Source: a virus (Duplodnaviria > Caudoviricetes). Taken from it: 50,764 nt of DNA. Shown here piece after piece: positions 18,795 through 27,301 of this stretch; positions within the stretch are counted from its first letter, which is position 1, and the number at the start of each line of letters is the position of its first letter. The notes beneath the pieces were generated by a model. That model did no database searches. It was given only the letters and a program-made list of their open reading frames with translations, and was not told the origin of the DNA. The stretch spans positions 1 to 50,764 of IMG/VR virus record IMGVR_UViG_3300049982_000125; one strand, written 5' to 3'. The translations under genes were made by a program, and so were the position numbers.

Positions 18795-20475
18795 CGGGCT
18801 GGCCCGTCATGCCGGCGACGGTCGATCCGGCATCCGCCACCGTCTTCACGATGTCGGCGATGCCCTGACCCTCGGCGATCGCGCCCTGCCCGGCCATCTG
18901 CTGGGCCCGCTGGGCGCGCAGCGCCTCGACCTTCTCCTTGGGCCGCAGCCACTTGTGCGGCGTGCCGAACGTGTCCGGCATGTCGCGGGTGATCTCGTCG
19001 CCGTCGAGGTTGTCGAGGATGTCGGGCTGGGCCTGGGCCAGTGGCGAGAGGAACGCGAACATCTGTCCGGCGCCGGCGAGCTCCAACTGCTTCCGCGCCT
19101 TCTGGATCGGGCTCGCGAACTCGAATTTCACATCCCGGCCGGCGAGAACCTCGGGCGCGGGCGGGAACGGCGCGCCGGGCAGCGGACGCCCGTCCGCCGT
19201 CGCTGAGGCCCTCATCATGATGTTGAACACGCGCTCGACGGTCACGCCGATGTAATCGGGTTCGAGCTGACCTAGCGTCGGGCCGATGGTCCGGATGAAC
19301 TCTTCCTTGCGTTCGGCGACCTCGTAGGCGGTCATGTCCGGGCCGTCGACAGGCAGGTTGAACACGTTCTTGAAGAACGCGGCCTCGACCATGCGCCGGT
19401 AGTCGTCCTGCATCTCGCGGCCGATCGGCAGATTGGAGCCCATCTCCATGTGGCCGATGGGCTTGCCGCCGGTCGCCTTGATCGCCTCGACGTCGATCAC
19501 CGTTAGGCCGCCCGGGAACGTCCGGACCGCCGACATGACGCCCTCGCTCGCAACCCAGACCGGCGGGTCCACCGCCCGCTGGCCGCCGACCAGGATCGTG
19601 TGCCCCATGGCCTGCAGGGTGCGGGCATCGGGCAGCGCCATCATGCCGGGCGAGCGCGGGTAGATCTGGTTCGCGGCGACTTCCCAGCGCGGGATCGCGA
19701 GCGGGAATTCGTGGAAGGCCGACTCGTCGACCTTGGTCTCATCCTCGCAGGACACGATGCAGTTGACGAACGGCTTGCCGTGCTCGTCGGCGCGGCGCGG
19801 GTCGTAGTCCTCGCGCGGCTGGATCATCTGGACGAATTCGAACAGCTTGCCGCTGTTCGCCGCCGCGTTCGGCCCTTCCAGCGCCTCCTTCACCTTAGGC
19901 GGCGCCTTGTCGATGCCGAACCGCTGCACGAACTGCCGGGCCGTCCAGCGCCGGGTTATGGCGATGGTGTCGATCTGGCCGTCCGCGTTCTCGTCGATCG
20001 CGCAGTCGCCGATGTGGAGCGACCGGAACAGGAGGCCGTTGCGGTTCCGGTTCTCGGAAATCCACAGGTACCCGAGCCCGAACGTCGCAAGGTCGTTGTC
20101 GACCGCGCCGCCGTGCTGGATGAACCGGGCGGCCGGGTTGTAGATCGCGCCCCACATGGCCCGCTGGACCGCGTCGAGCCACGTCTTGACCTCGTCGTCC
20201 TCGTTCAGGTCGTCGTCGGCGCATTTCAGCCAGAACCATTTGGCGCTGGCCGGCTTGAGCATGCCGTCGATCGCCGTCGCCAGACCGCGCCGGGCCTGCA
20301 TCGGCGTCGAATCGTAGATCTCGTGCTGAGCCTCGCGGCCGACCTGCAGCGCCGTGGTGAAGCCGCCGCGCTCGGGGTGCAGGATATCCGCCAGCTCCTG
20401 CCAGAGCGGCCGCCACTGGTCGCGCGTCTGCGCCATCGCCTGGTGGCGGGCGAGGATGTCCTGGACCTGGGTCAT
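18787..20475 (-). CDS. Portal (head-to-tail connector) protein
   Basis: 562 aa; IYDST, WFWL, DLATFG, YPRSPGMMALPD, MTAYEVAERKEE match the T7 gp8/Bbp21 family. Confidence 0.92.
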   Translation of the reverse strand: MTQVQDILARHQAMAQTRDQWRPLWQELADILHPERGGFTTALQVGREAQHEIYDSTPMQARRGLATAIDGMLKPASAKWFWLKCADDDLNEDDEVKTWLDAVQRAMWGAIYNPAARFIQHGGAVDNDLATFGLGYLWISENRNRNGLLFRSLHIGDCAIDENADGQIDTIAITRRWTARQFVQRFGIDKAPPKVKEALEGPNAAANSGKLFEFVQMIQPREDYDPRRADEHGKPFVNCIVSCEDETKVDESAFHEFPLAIPRWEVAANQIYPRSPGMMALPDARTLQAMGHTILVGGQRAVDPPVWVASEGVMSAVRTFPGGLTVIDVEAIKATGGKPIGHMEMGSNLPIGREMQDDYRRMVEAAFFKNVFNLPVDGPDMTAYEVAERKEEFIRTIGPTLGQLEPDYIGVTVERVFNIMMRASATADGRPLPGAPFPPAPEVLAGRDVKFEFASPIQKARKQLELAGAGQMFAFLSPLAQAQPDILDNLDGDEITRDMPDTFGTPHKWLRPKEKVEALRAQRAQQMAGQGAIAEGQGIADIVKTVADAGSTVAGMTGQPGG

Positions 20476-20480
20476 TCGGC

Positions 20481-20753
20481 TCAGCCGCCGCCCAGCAGCG
20501 ATGTCCGGCGCACCGGTGCCGCGGAGCCGGTCGAGCCGACGTCACCGAGGCCGCCGGCCAGGATCGTGTCGTCGACGCCCTTCTTGCGGCGCTGTCGGGC
20601 GCTCTCCTCGCGGGCGAGGCTGGTCGACACCGCGTCGCTGATGCGGGGAGCGGCCTGGGCCGGCTTCGGGGCCGGCGGGGCCATCACGATGGACTGGCGG
20701 TCACCGCCGCCACCACCGAACAGGCTGCCGAACATGGCTGTCACTGCGCTCAT
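20481..20753 (-). CDS. Small virion-associated protein (gp7.3-like position)
   Basis: Gly/Pro-rich, ends TSLLGGG, immediately upstream of the portal. Confidence 0.6.
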   Translation of the reverse strand: MSAVTAMFGSLFGGGGGDRQSIVMAPPAPKPAQAAPRISDAVSTSLAREESARQRRKKGVDDTILAGGLGDVGSTGSAAPVRRTSLLGGG

Positions 20754-20944
20754 TTCATCCACCTGTGTGGGCGAAATCCAGCCAGCGCGCTCTCGATGCG
20801 CACGGGCGGATCCGGCCTCTTGAATTCGGTCACGGTGTTGCCGGCGACCCGCTCGGTGCAGGCGTCGCGCTCGGCGCGGTAGGCTTCGATCGCTTCGGCC
20901 GTCCAGCCGTTGCGGAGTTCGTCAGGCGTCGGCGTGACGGGCAC
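20750..20944 (-). CDS. Hypothetical protein
   Basis: 64-aa ORF coupled to its neighbours. Confidence 0.55.
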   Translation of the reverse strand: MPVTPTPDELRNGWTAEAIEAYRAERDACTERVAGNTVTEFKRPDPPVRIESALAGFRPHRWMK

Positions 20945-20945
20945 C

Positions 20946-21410
20946 TCAGTGCAGCACCCTGCCCTCGACGGCCTGGCGCACCACGCGCTCGGCGACCGCC
21001 GGGCCCCGATCCTCGATCACCCGATCGCATTCGGCGTCGGTCAGGCGCGGCGCGGCGGGGTTCTGGCTGGCCCGGACCCGCCGGGTAACCTCGCGCAGAC
21101 GCAGCAGGTCCGGCCGGTCCAGGTCCGCCAGGAACGACCGCGGGACCAGTTTCGGCGCGACGGCCACGACGTCGGCCTCGGCGACCAGCAGCCGGACGTC
21201 CGGGCCGCTGATATGCGCCGGAACGGGCGGGACCCGGTCATCGCCGGGGCGCTTGATCTGGTAGCGGACCGGGCCGAGCGTCACGCGCTTGTCGCGCGCC
21301 GAGCCGGCCAGCATGGCCGGGCAATCGTCGCGCCACCGGTTGATGTGCTCGAGCGTCTCGGTGCCGTCGAGCCAGATGGCCTGCTCGAGCGTGTCGCCGA
21401 CCTTCGTCAT
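20946..21410 (-). CDS. Hypothetical protein
   Basis: 154-aa ORF overlapping the terminase stop. Confidence 0.6.
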   Translation of the reverse strand: MTKVGDTLEQAIWLDGTETLEHINRWRDDCPAMLAGSARDKRVTLGPVRYQIKRPGDDRVPPVPAHISGPDVRLLVAEADVVAVAPKLVPRSFLADLDRPDLLRLREVTRRVRASQNPAAPRLTDAECDRVIEDRGPAVAERVVRQAVEGRVLH

Positions 21411-22978
21411 CGCCTATAGCCCCCTGCGTGCGGCCGGTAGCCGCCGGCGCCCTGGATTTCGACCGGCGCCTGCCCGCGCATCGCGCGCTTGACGGCTCGA
21501 TCGCCTTCCGACCAGGCCATCACCACCGCGTCGCCCTTGCCGGGTGAGCGGCCGATGCGGTCACGGATGTCGTCCTTGCTCTCGATCTTGATGCCAGTCC
21601 GGGTCAGTTCCCAATGCGGAGCGGCGAGATCAGCCTTCAATTCGTCGTCCGGCGGCAGGGCGACGGTCGATCCGCCCTCCTGGTCCGGGTTCAGCGCCTC
21701 GCGGAAGCGCCAATGCGCCTCGGCGCGCTTGTTGGTGAACGCCAGCTTGGCCGCGTCGTGCGTCGTCTCGGTCGACTGCGCCGCGCCGTTGAACGACACC
21801 GCCGTGACCTGATTGTCCTTCAGCCGCAGCGCCACGGCGCCGCCGTAGCCGCCGCCGGCATCCACCACGACCGGGCACTGGTTGCGCCGGTGCATGATCA
21901 CCCGGCCCGCCATTGCCGATCCGTCCGCGGTCTCCGGCCCCTTGACGGTCACGAGCGGCGCGTACCAGCCGCCGTGACGCCACACCATCTCCGCCGCATC
22001 GGCGCCGCCCCCAGCGGGGTCAAGCGCCATCGCGGTCATCCCGTATGCCCGCCAGCCGTCGGGCTTCCACCGCTCCATCGCCGCGTTGATCCACGCGGTG
22101 GGGATCAGCTGAAATTCGTCGTCCTTCAGTTCGGCCTGGAAATTGCCGTCGCGGTAGGCGGCGCGCAGCTCGGCCGGCAGCGAGTCGAGCATGGCCGCAT
22201 AGTCGGTCGCGGCGTAGTCCGGGTTGTCGGCCAGCGATGCCGGGATGAACGTCCGGCTCTTCGCAAAGAGCGGCTTCGAACTCCACGCCACGGTATGCGG
22301 TCCGCGGCCGTTGACCTCCACGTCCTCGTCGTTCTCGCCGCGGATGTACCAGCGCAACTCCCCGGGCTTGGCTGGCCGCGGGTGCTTCGGGTCGAGCCAC
22401 GCACCCCAGTATCGGATGATCCACAGCCCCTCGGGCCGGGTCGGCGGGTTCCCGGCAGCGACCACGCGGCAGCGCTGGCCCGGCTTCGAAGACCGATTCC
22501 AGGTCGTGATGAACTTGTATTGCGAGAGGGTGAAATCGGGGATCTCGTCGAAGCCGTAGAAGTCCTTGGCGCGGCCCTTGAAGCGCTCCTTGTCGTCCTC
22601 GTACTGGCAGCCCGCGAACCGGATGGACCGGCCGTTGAGCGTCAGGATCTTGTCCTGGCCGTTGTAGCCGTGCCCGTCGCCGGCGATCTCGCGGCCGCGC
22701 TTGGCCAGATCCTTGGCGTCGTCGTTGACGCGCCGCAGGATCAACGAGTCGAGGTGCTGCGTCAGGCCGAGCCCGATCATCAGGTCAGATTTCCCGCCCC
22801 CAGCTTGGCCGCCGTAGAAAAGCTCGTCGGCCTCACACCAGAAGGCGTCGGTCTGCGGACCCGGGTTCGGCACCCAGACCATATCCGCCGTCGCGGCGAG
22901 AGCGTCTTGCGTAACGGACCGGCGATCCTCCGGGGGCAGCGCGTCCAGGCGCTGCAGGAGATCATCCAGCAGGCTCAT
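21407..22978 (-). CDS. terL: Terminase large subunit
   Basis: PNPGPQ Q-motif, Walker A YGGQAGGGKS, Walker B FYGFDEI, GNPP, nuclease ALDPAGGGAD and RSPGKGDA. Confidence 0.93.
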   Translation of the reverse strand: MSLLDDLLQRLDALPPEDRRSVTQDALAATADMVWVPNPGPQTDAFWCEADELFYGGQAGGGKSDLMIGLGLTQHLDSLILRRVNDDAKDLAKRGREIAGDGHGYNGQDKILTLNGRSIRFAGCQYEDDKERFKGRAKDFYGFDEIPDFTLSQYKFITTWNRSSKPGQRCRVVAAGNPPTRPEGLWIIRYWGAWLDPKHPRPAKPGELRWYIRGENDEDVEVNGRGPHTVAWSSKPLFAKSRTFIPASLADNPDYAATDYAAMLDSLPAELRAAYRDGNFQAELKDDEFQLIPTAWINAAMERWKPDGWRAYGMTAMALDPAGGGADAAEMVWRHGGWYAPLVTVKGPETADGSAMAGRVIMHRRNQCPVVVDAGGGYGGAVALRLKDNQVTAVSFNGAAQSTETTHDAAKLAFTNKRAEAHWRFREALNPDQEGGSTVALPPDDELKADLAAPHWELTRTGIKIESKDDIRDRIGRSPGKGDAVVMAWSEGDRAVKRAMRGQAPVEIQGAGGYRPHAGGYRR

Positions 22979-23513
22979 CGGTCTTCCTGCCGGCGCGGGC
23001 GAGCATGAAGGCGACGCGACGCGCCCGCTCGATGTCGGACACATCCTTGGTCTCGATCGGCCCGCCGTCCTTGCCGGTGTGCTCGACCCGCTCCTTGAAC
23101 ATGCCAAGGTGCTGGCCGATCTTGCCGAGCGCATCGAGCTTGGAGTGCAGCTTGACCCGCAGCCCGTCCTTGGTCTCCGCAACCTCGGAGATCAGCGCGG
23201 CTTCCTGGTCCGTCAATTCGGCGCTGTCCCGCAGGACAACCCCATCCGGTCCCCACGACATGGCGGCTCGCGGGTTTGAAAATGCAATCAGCGCAAGCTC
23301 TTGCAGGACGCGCTCGACCGACACTTCGGCTCGAGCGGCGGCCCGCCCCAGGATCTCCTCGACCCGGGCGGCCACCTTACCATTTCCGCCCAGTCGCGAG
23401 GCGTGGCTGTCGTTCGGTTTGTACCCGGCCAGCACATAGGCTTGCGACGCGCTCGTGCCCTTCGCGAGTTCCTGGGCAAATCGCTCGTGCTTCGGGTTTT
23501 CGAGGACAGGCAT
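22962..23513 (-). CDS. terS: Terminase small subunit
   Basis: LENPKHERFAQELAKG...AYVLAGY, KLHSKLDAL, EHTGKDGGPI; upstream of terL. Confidence 0.88.
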   Translation of the reverse strand: MPVLENPKHERFAQELAKGTSASQAYVLAGYKPNDSHASRLGGNGKVAARVEEILGRAAARAEVSVERVLQELALIAFSNPRAAMSWGPDGVVLRDSAELTDQEAALISEVAETKDGLRVKLHSKLDALGKIGQHLGMFKERVEHTGKDGGPIETKDVSDIERARRVAFMLARAGRKTDEPAG

Positions 23514-23601
23514 CAGCTACGCCACAGCCACCACGAACGGGCGGCAGGCCTCGACCAGGCGGCGCTTGATCCGGTCCAGCAGGTCATTCATCGCCAAGCC
23601 C

Positions 23602-23781
23602 TCAGGTCTTGCGGGTTGCGGCCGGCTGGCAATAGGCCAGGACCCGCACACCCTTGGCCGTGGCCAGCTTCAGCAGATCGTCGCCACGCGCGCGGCAGGC
23701 CTGTTCGTATTGGAACAGGCTCGGGTATCGCACCCGGACTTCGTGTGCCGCCATCTGGGCGACGAGGATGAGTTCGATCAT
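23602..23781 (-). CDS. Hypothetical 59-aa protein
   Basis: MIELILVAQMAAHEVRVRYPSLFQYEQAC...AYCQP read by hand (below the track cutoff). Confidence 0.45.
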   Translation of the reverse strand: MIELILVAQMAAHEVRVRYPSLFQYEQACRARGDDLLKLATAKGVRVLAYCQPAATRKT

Positions 23782-23979
23782 CAGTCGTCGCCGTACCCGT
23801 CTTCTCGCAAAAAGCTGTAGAGGAAGCCCACGGCCTCGGTTTTGACGGTCGGCTCCCGCAATCTGGGCGTCAGCGGCTCGTCATGTGGCCGGCGCGGCCA
23901 TGGTCGCGGGACCGGGTCGCGCTCGACGCGCACCGGTCGGCCGCTTGGGTGATCGCGCATGCCGACCTCTGAAATGCGA

Positions 23980-24001
23980 AGGCCCCGCCGAAGCGGGGCC
24001 T
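23980..24001 (-). terminator. Intrinsic terminator-like UUCG hairpin
   Basis: AGGCCCCGC-TTCG-GCGGGGCCT followed by TCGCATTTC. Confidence 0.6.
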
Positions 24002-24217
24002 CTACTGGTTATCGTTGTGCGGTCGCAGGAAGCCCGGACTAAGGCTTGTCCCGAAGTATCTGGTCGACATCGTAGTCTGGCGTCGGCCGCCCGACCAATT
24101 CACCACTGTCATCTTGACCCGGGCGCACATGCTCGGGTCAGCCGGGACCAGAACGTCGGTCACTCGTAAAATGCGGCCGTCTCCGGCGATCCACACGGAG
24201 CCGATTTCGGGGATCAT
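24002..24217 (-). CDS. Hypothetical protein
   Basis: 71-aa ORF with SD GAGG, followed by a terminator. Confidence 0.5.
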   Translation of the reverse strand: MIPEIGSVWIAGDGRILRVTDVLVPADPSMCARVKMTVVNWSGGRRQTTMSTRYFGTSLSPGFLRPHNDNQ

Positions 24218-24249
24218 CGCGCCTCAGATGCTTTGGTGCTGGGCCGCGG

Positions 24250-24450
24250 TCACCACTCTTCGTCCCGAAGGATCAGGAACCAGCATACGATCTCGAACAC
24301 AGCGGCCCCGATCAGCATCAAGCCCTTCGCTTTATCCGGCGTGATGGTCGACATGCCGAACAGCATGTCGACACCAAGCCAGAGCGCCGCAATTGTAGCG
24401 CCGATCGCCGCGCCGATGACTGCGAAGCCCGGGATGAGAAGGATGGCCAA
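24250..24450 (-). CDS. Small two-TM membrane protein
   Basis: Two hydrophobic stretches; SD AGGT. Confidence 0.5.
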   Translation of the reverse strand: MAILLIPGFAVIGAAIGATIAALWLGVDMLFGMSTITPDKAKGLMLIGAAVFEIVCWFLILRDEEW

Positions 24451-24545
24451 CGGTCACCTGCGGCCCGCCTCGACGACTTGAGGGGTGCCTAGAGGAGAGG
24501 ACGACCGCGAGCGAGGACGGTCCAGGGCACCCACCGCGAACGCCG

Positions 24546-24752
24546 CTATCCGCGCAGGGCGCCCTTCCGGGTCGCCGTCGCTCGGCCCGTCGTCCGGCCG
24601 GTCGCAGCGCTCCGCTTGATGCCAGCTTTCGTGCGGCTCAGCGCCGGAGCACTGCGCCCGGTCGTCGTCTTCATCTTCGTCTTGGCCTTTGTGGCCTTGG
24701 CCCGCGTCATCGTCTTCGCGCGCGTGCCGGTCTTCGTCGTTCGGGGTGCCAT
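24546..24752 (-). CDS. Highly basic histone H1/protamine-like protein
   Basis: 68 aa with 10 K + 10 R, no D/E, Thr/Ala-rich; SD GGAGGG. Confidence 0.6.
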   Translation of the reverse strand: MAPRTTKTGTRAKTMTRAKATKAKTKMKTTTGRSAPALSRTKAGIKRSAATGRTTGRATATRKGALRG

Positions 24753-24848
24753 GGGTTTGCCCTCCATGCTGAGCGGATATGCTCAATCGGAGGATAAGTC
24801 ATTTCGTGCGGCGTGTCACGCCTGTAACATTTCGTGATCTACGACAGT

Positions 24849-24877
24849 TTGACGTATACGACTGGCTGGCGTATGGT
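24849..24877 (+). promoter_or_regulatory. Sigma70-type promoter with overlapping inverted-repeat operator
   Basis: TTGACG-17 bp-TATGGT; ATACG...CGTAT inverted repeat at 24856-24874. Confidence 0.65.
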
Positions 24878-24903
24878 CGCCACATCAGCAGGGAGAGACG
24901 ACC

Positions 24904-25128
24904 ATGGCACGACGATGGAAGCAGCATCCGACACTGCCCATAAACAGCAGCAACGGAGCGATCCAATCACGCCACGTCAACGAGGATTACCCAGGGGTGA
25001 CCCGGGTCACCTGCAGCCCAATCGCCAAGAGCGGCGGCGCGGATTACAGGTTTTACGAGACCCGGTTCAACGGGGCGCGATATTCGACCCTCTCAGAAGC
25101 CGAAGCCGCTGCTCGGGACAGACGATGA
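24904..25128 (+). CDS. Hypothetical protein (first gene of a two-gene moron)
   Basis: 74 aa, SD GGGAG, ATGA overlap with the HTH gene. Confidence 0.6.
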   Translation: MARRWKQHPTLPINSSNGAIQSRHVNEDYPGVTRVTCSPIAKSGGADYRFYETRFNGARYSTLSEAEAAARDRR

Positions 25129-25316
25129 CCCCCGACCAATTCCGCTCCGCCATCGCCAAGCTCGGCCTCTCGCAAGAGCGGGCCGGGCTTTGGCTCGGCG
25201 TGTCAGCCCGCCAGGGTCAGCGCTACGCGACCGGTGATGCGCCGATCCCGGATGGCTTCGCCAAGCTCCTTCGTCTGGTGATCCGCTTCGGCCTTACGCC
25301 GGAGGACGTTCGATAG
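25125..25316 (+). CDS. XRE-family HTH protein
   Basis: MTPDQFRSAIAKLGLSQERAGLWLGVSARQGQRYATGDAPIP is a classic small HTH. Confidence 0.8.
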   Translation: MTPDQFRSAIAKLGLSQERAGLWLGVSARQGQRYATGDAPIPDGFAKLLRLVIRFGLTPEDVR

Positions 25317-25423
25317 CGGCGGGCTCGAACCGCCTCCCCGCCGCGTCACCGGCGATCCGCCCGGCATGTGCGCCCCGGACGTTGCGCGCCGCGCAGGGAG
25401 GGCATCCGCAGCGGCGCAGACGG

Positions 25424-26269
25424 CTATTCGATAATCGCTTCGTGCGTGCCGGGCTGCAGGATGTGCTGCTCGGCGCCGCTCCAGCGGAACAGATACTCCA
25501 CGGCGCCCCGATATTTCGGGTTGTCGAGGATGTAGCGCACCGTCGTCGCGTGCCAGCGGCCGCCGAGCTTGGTCGGCACGTTCTCCTCATTCAGCGCGTC
25601 GGCGATGGCCTGCAGCGTCTTGCCGGTCGCCCGCATCTTGAAGATCCGGCGGACCGTCCGGGCCTCGCCCTGGTTGACGATCAGCCCGCCCTCGCGATCG
25701 CGCTCGTACCCGAGCGGCGCAGACCCGCCGGCGAAACCGCCGACCGTCGCCTTCTCTCGCCGCCCACCCCATGTGCGCTCGGTGATCGCCTGGCGCTCCT
25801 GCTCGGCCATGCCGGCCAGCACCGCGAAGATGGTCCGGCCCATCGGGGTCGCCGTGTCGATCGGCTCGGTCACCGACCGGATGACGACGCCGAACCGTTC
25901 TGACAGCTCGTTGACCGCGGTCACGGCGAAAACGATCTGGCGCGCCAGCCGGTCGAACTTCCAGACCAGCAGGACCGAGAACTGGCCGTCGGCGGCAAGC
26001 TCGATCAGCCGGCCGAACCCCGGACGATCGCCGGGCCGGGTCGCGCCGGAGATCCCGGGATCGGCGACGACGTCGACGAGCTCGTAGCCCTGGCTCTCGG
26101 CGAAGGAGCGAACGGCGCGGATCTGAGCGTCAAGCCCGTGCCCATGCGTCGCCTGCTCCTCGGTCGAGACCCGGACATAGCCGGCTGCGCGCATCGCGAT
26201 CGCGGCGCGCGCCTCGCTGGTCGCCTGCCGTTTCGCCCGAAGGCGGGTGACCCGCTTCGAAGCAAGCAT
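25424..26269 (-). CDS. Serine recombinase (catalytic + recombinase domains; no zinc ribbon/coiled coil)
   Basis: GYVRVSTEEQ (catalytic Ser), DPGISG, DRPG, KFDRLAR, APLGY, ILDNPKYRG; only 281 aa. Confidence 0.92.
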   Translation of the reverse strand: MLASKRVTRLRAKRQATSEARAAIAMRAAGYVRVSTEEQATHGHGLDAQIRAVRSFAESQGYELVDVVADPGISGATRPGDRPGFGRLIELAADGQFSVLLVWKFDRLARQIVFAVTAVNELSERFGVVIRSVTEPIDTATPMGRTIFAVLAGMAEQERQAITERTWGGRREKATVGGFAGGSAPLGYERDREGGLIVNQGEARTVRRIFKMRATGKTLQAIADALNEENVPTKLGGRWHATTVRYILDNPKYRGAVEYLFRWSGAEQHILQPGTHEAIIE

Positions 26270-26368
26270 TTCGACCTTAAGCTATTGTTTTTACTACGTT
26301 TTCCGCCGTGGCGATGATCGGAATGTGAAACTCTCTCAAGAGCTTACATATTGCACCGCACAAGAGCG

Positions 26369-26384
26369 GGTTTCACGTGGAACA
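26369..26384. promoter_or_regulatory. parS-like palindrome
   Basis: GGTTTCACGTGGAACA matches the chromosomal parS consensus TGTTTCACGTG(A/G)AACA at 15/16; intergenic. Confidence 0.65.
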
Positions 26385-26492
26385 GAACCCGCCCGGAGTA
26401 TGTCGAGCTAGGCTCGACACCCCCATAGAACGCGCCCAGCCTTGGCTATCCCCGTCGAGACCGGCGCCAGCGCCGGCGGCCAGACGCGAACC

Positions 26493-26756
26493 TCAGCCCC
26501 GCGGCCGGCGGCGGAAATCGACCGAGATCACCCGGCCGTCTACGACCCGTTTGCCCGGCGCCATTGTCTCGTGCTCGGCGGCGCGCTGCTTGCACCCCGC
26601 CTCGGCGGCGTCGCGCTCGACCCGGTTCGCACGGGTCAACAGATCCTGCCGCAGCCCGGTGAGGAAAACCTGCAGGTCCTCGGCGTCGCGAAACCGGTAC
26701 ACGTCGACCGTGCGCGCGATTCCGCGCAGCTCGCGGGCGAACTGGTCAGGTGTCAT
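26493..26756 (-). CDS. Hypothetical protein
   Basis: 87-aa ORF, first gene after the late promoter/terminator. Confidence 0.5.
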   Translation of the reverse strand: MTPDQFARELRGIARTVDVYRFRDAEDLQVFLTGLRQDLLTRANRVERDAAEAGCKQRAAEHETMAPGKRVVDGRVISVDFRRRPRG

Positions 26757-26775
26757 GGGGGATGCCGGGGGTCAG

Positions 26776-26812
26776 AAACGAAAACGCCCGCTGGCCGGGG
26801 CGGCTGCGGGCG
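26776..26812 (-). terminator. tR'-like terminator
   Basis: CGCCCGC...GCGGGCG stem followed by TTTTCGTTT. Confidence 0.7.
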
Positions 26813-26830
26813 AAGGAATTCGATAGTGGG

Positions 26831-26859
26831 ATTGTGCGCCTACTTGCCCGTCGGGTCAA
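26831..26859 (-). promoter_or_regulatory. pR'-like late promoter
   Basis: TTGACC-17 bp-CACAAT, immediately upstream of a terminator and downstream of the Q-like gene. Confidence 0.6.
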
Positions 26860-26880
26860 GTGGATCCTGCCGAATTGCCG

Positions 26881-27189
26881 TCAGGCGGCGGCCGCCAACT
26901 GCGACCGGAGAACGTAGCCCTCGAGCGCCCAGATCTTGTTGCGGGCATTGTCGCGAGCGATCTTGCGCCCGATCTCGACGTCGAAATTGGCCGGCGACGC
27001 CGCGGCGCTCTCGCCCACGACATGAAAGCCATTGCGCAGGGTGAGGGCGCAGATGGTCAGCGTCGTGCCCGGGAAGACGTGGTAGTCCTCGCCCACGATC
27101 TGCTCGTCGATGTGCGCAGGGGTCAGCCGCGGCGCGTTCAGCCCCTTGGCCTGGATTTCCTGCTCGATCGCCTGTTCGTCATGAGGCAT
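26881..27189 (-). CDS. Phage Gp49/Gp66-family protein
   Basis: GLNAPRLTP...LTLRNGFHVVGESAAASPANFDVEIGRKIA...IWALEGY. Confidence 0.85.
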   Translation of the reverse strand: MPHDEQAIEQEIQAKGLNAPRLTPAHIDEQIVGEDYHVFPGTTLTICALTLRNGFHVVGESAAASPANFDVEIGRKIARDNARNKIWALEGYVLRSQLAAAA

Positions 27190-27249
27190 CGGTTCTTCCT
27201 TTGGTGGGGTGCCCGGTGCCGCCGGGCGCGGAACGCAAAAATCAACCTA

Positions 27250-27292
27250 TGTTAAGAAATCAGCCCATCCCGTAGGGTCGATTTTCTTAACA
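27250..27292. repeat. AT-rich imperfect inverted repeat
   Basis: TGTTAAGAAATC...GATTTTCTTAACA. Confidence 0.6.
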
Positions 27293-27301
27293 CGCGGCCC
27301 G

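Noticed and set aside
21407-23182. Track's extended N-termini for TerL and other genes (5392..6393, 28977..30284, 30902..31423, 45016..45612)
   Set aside because: The extensions overlap upstream genes; internal ATGs coupled to upstream stops fit better
24790-25424. Invertible segment controlled by the serine recombinase
   Set aside because: No flanking inverted repeats found by eye; the unit has its own promoter and looks like an ordinary moron
25424-26269. IS607-family transposase
   Set aside because: Lacks the N-terminal MerR-like HTH and an adjacent tnpB; has a C-terminal recombinase domain instead
26277-26291. CtrA box (TTAA-N7-TTAA)
   Set aside because: Second half-site reads TTTT; too weak to call
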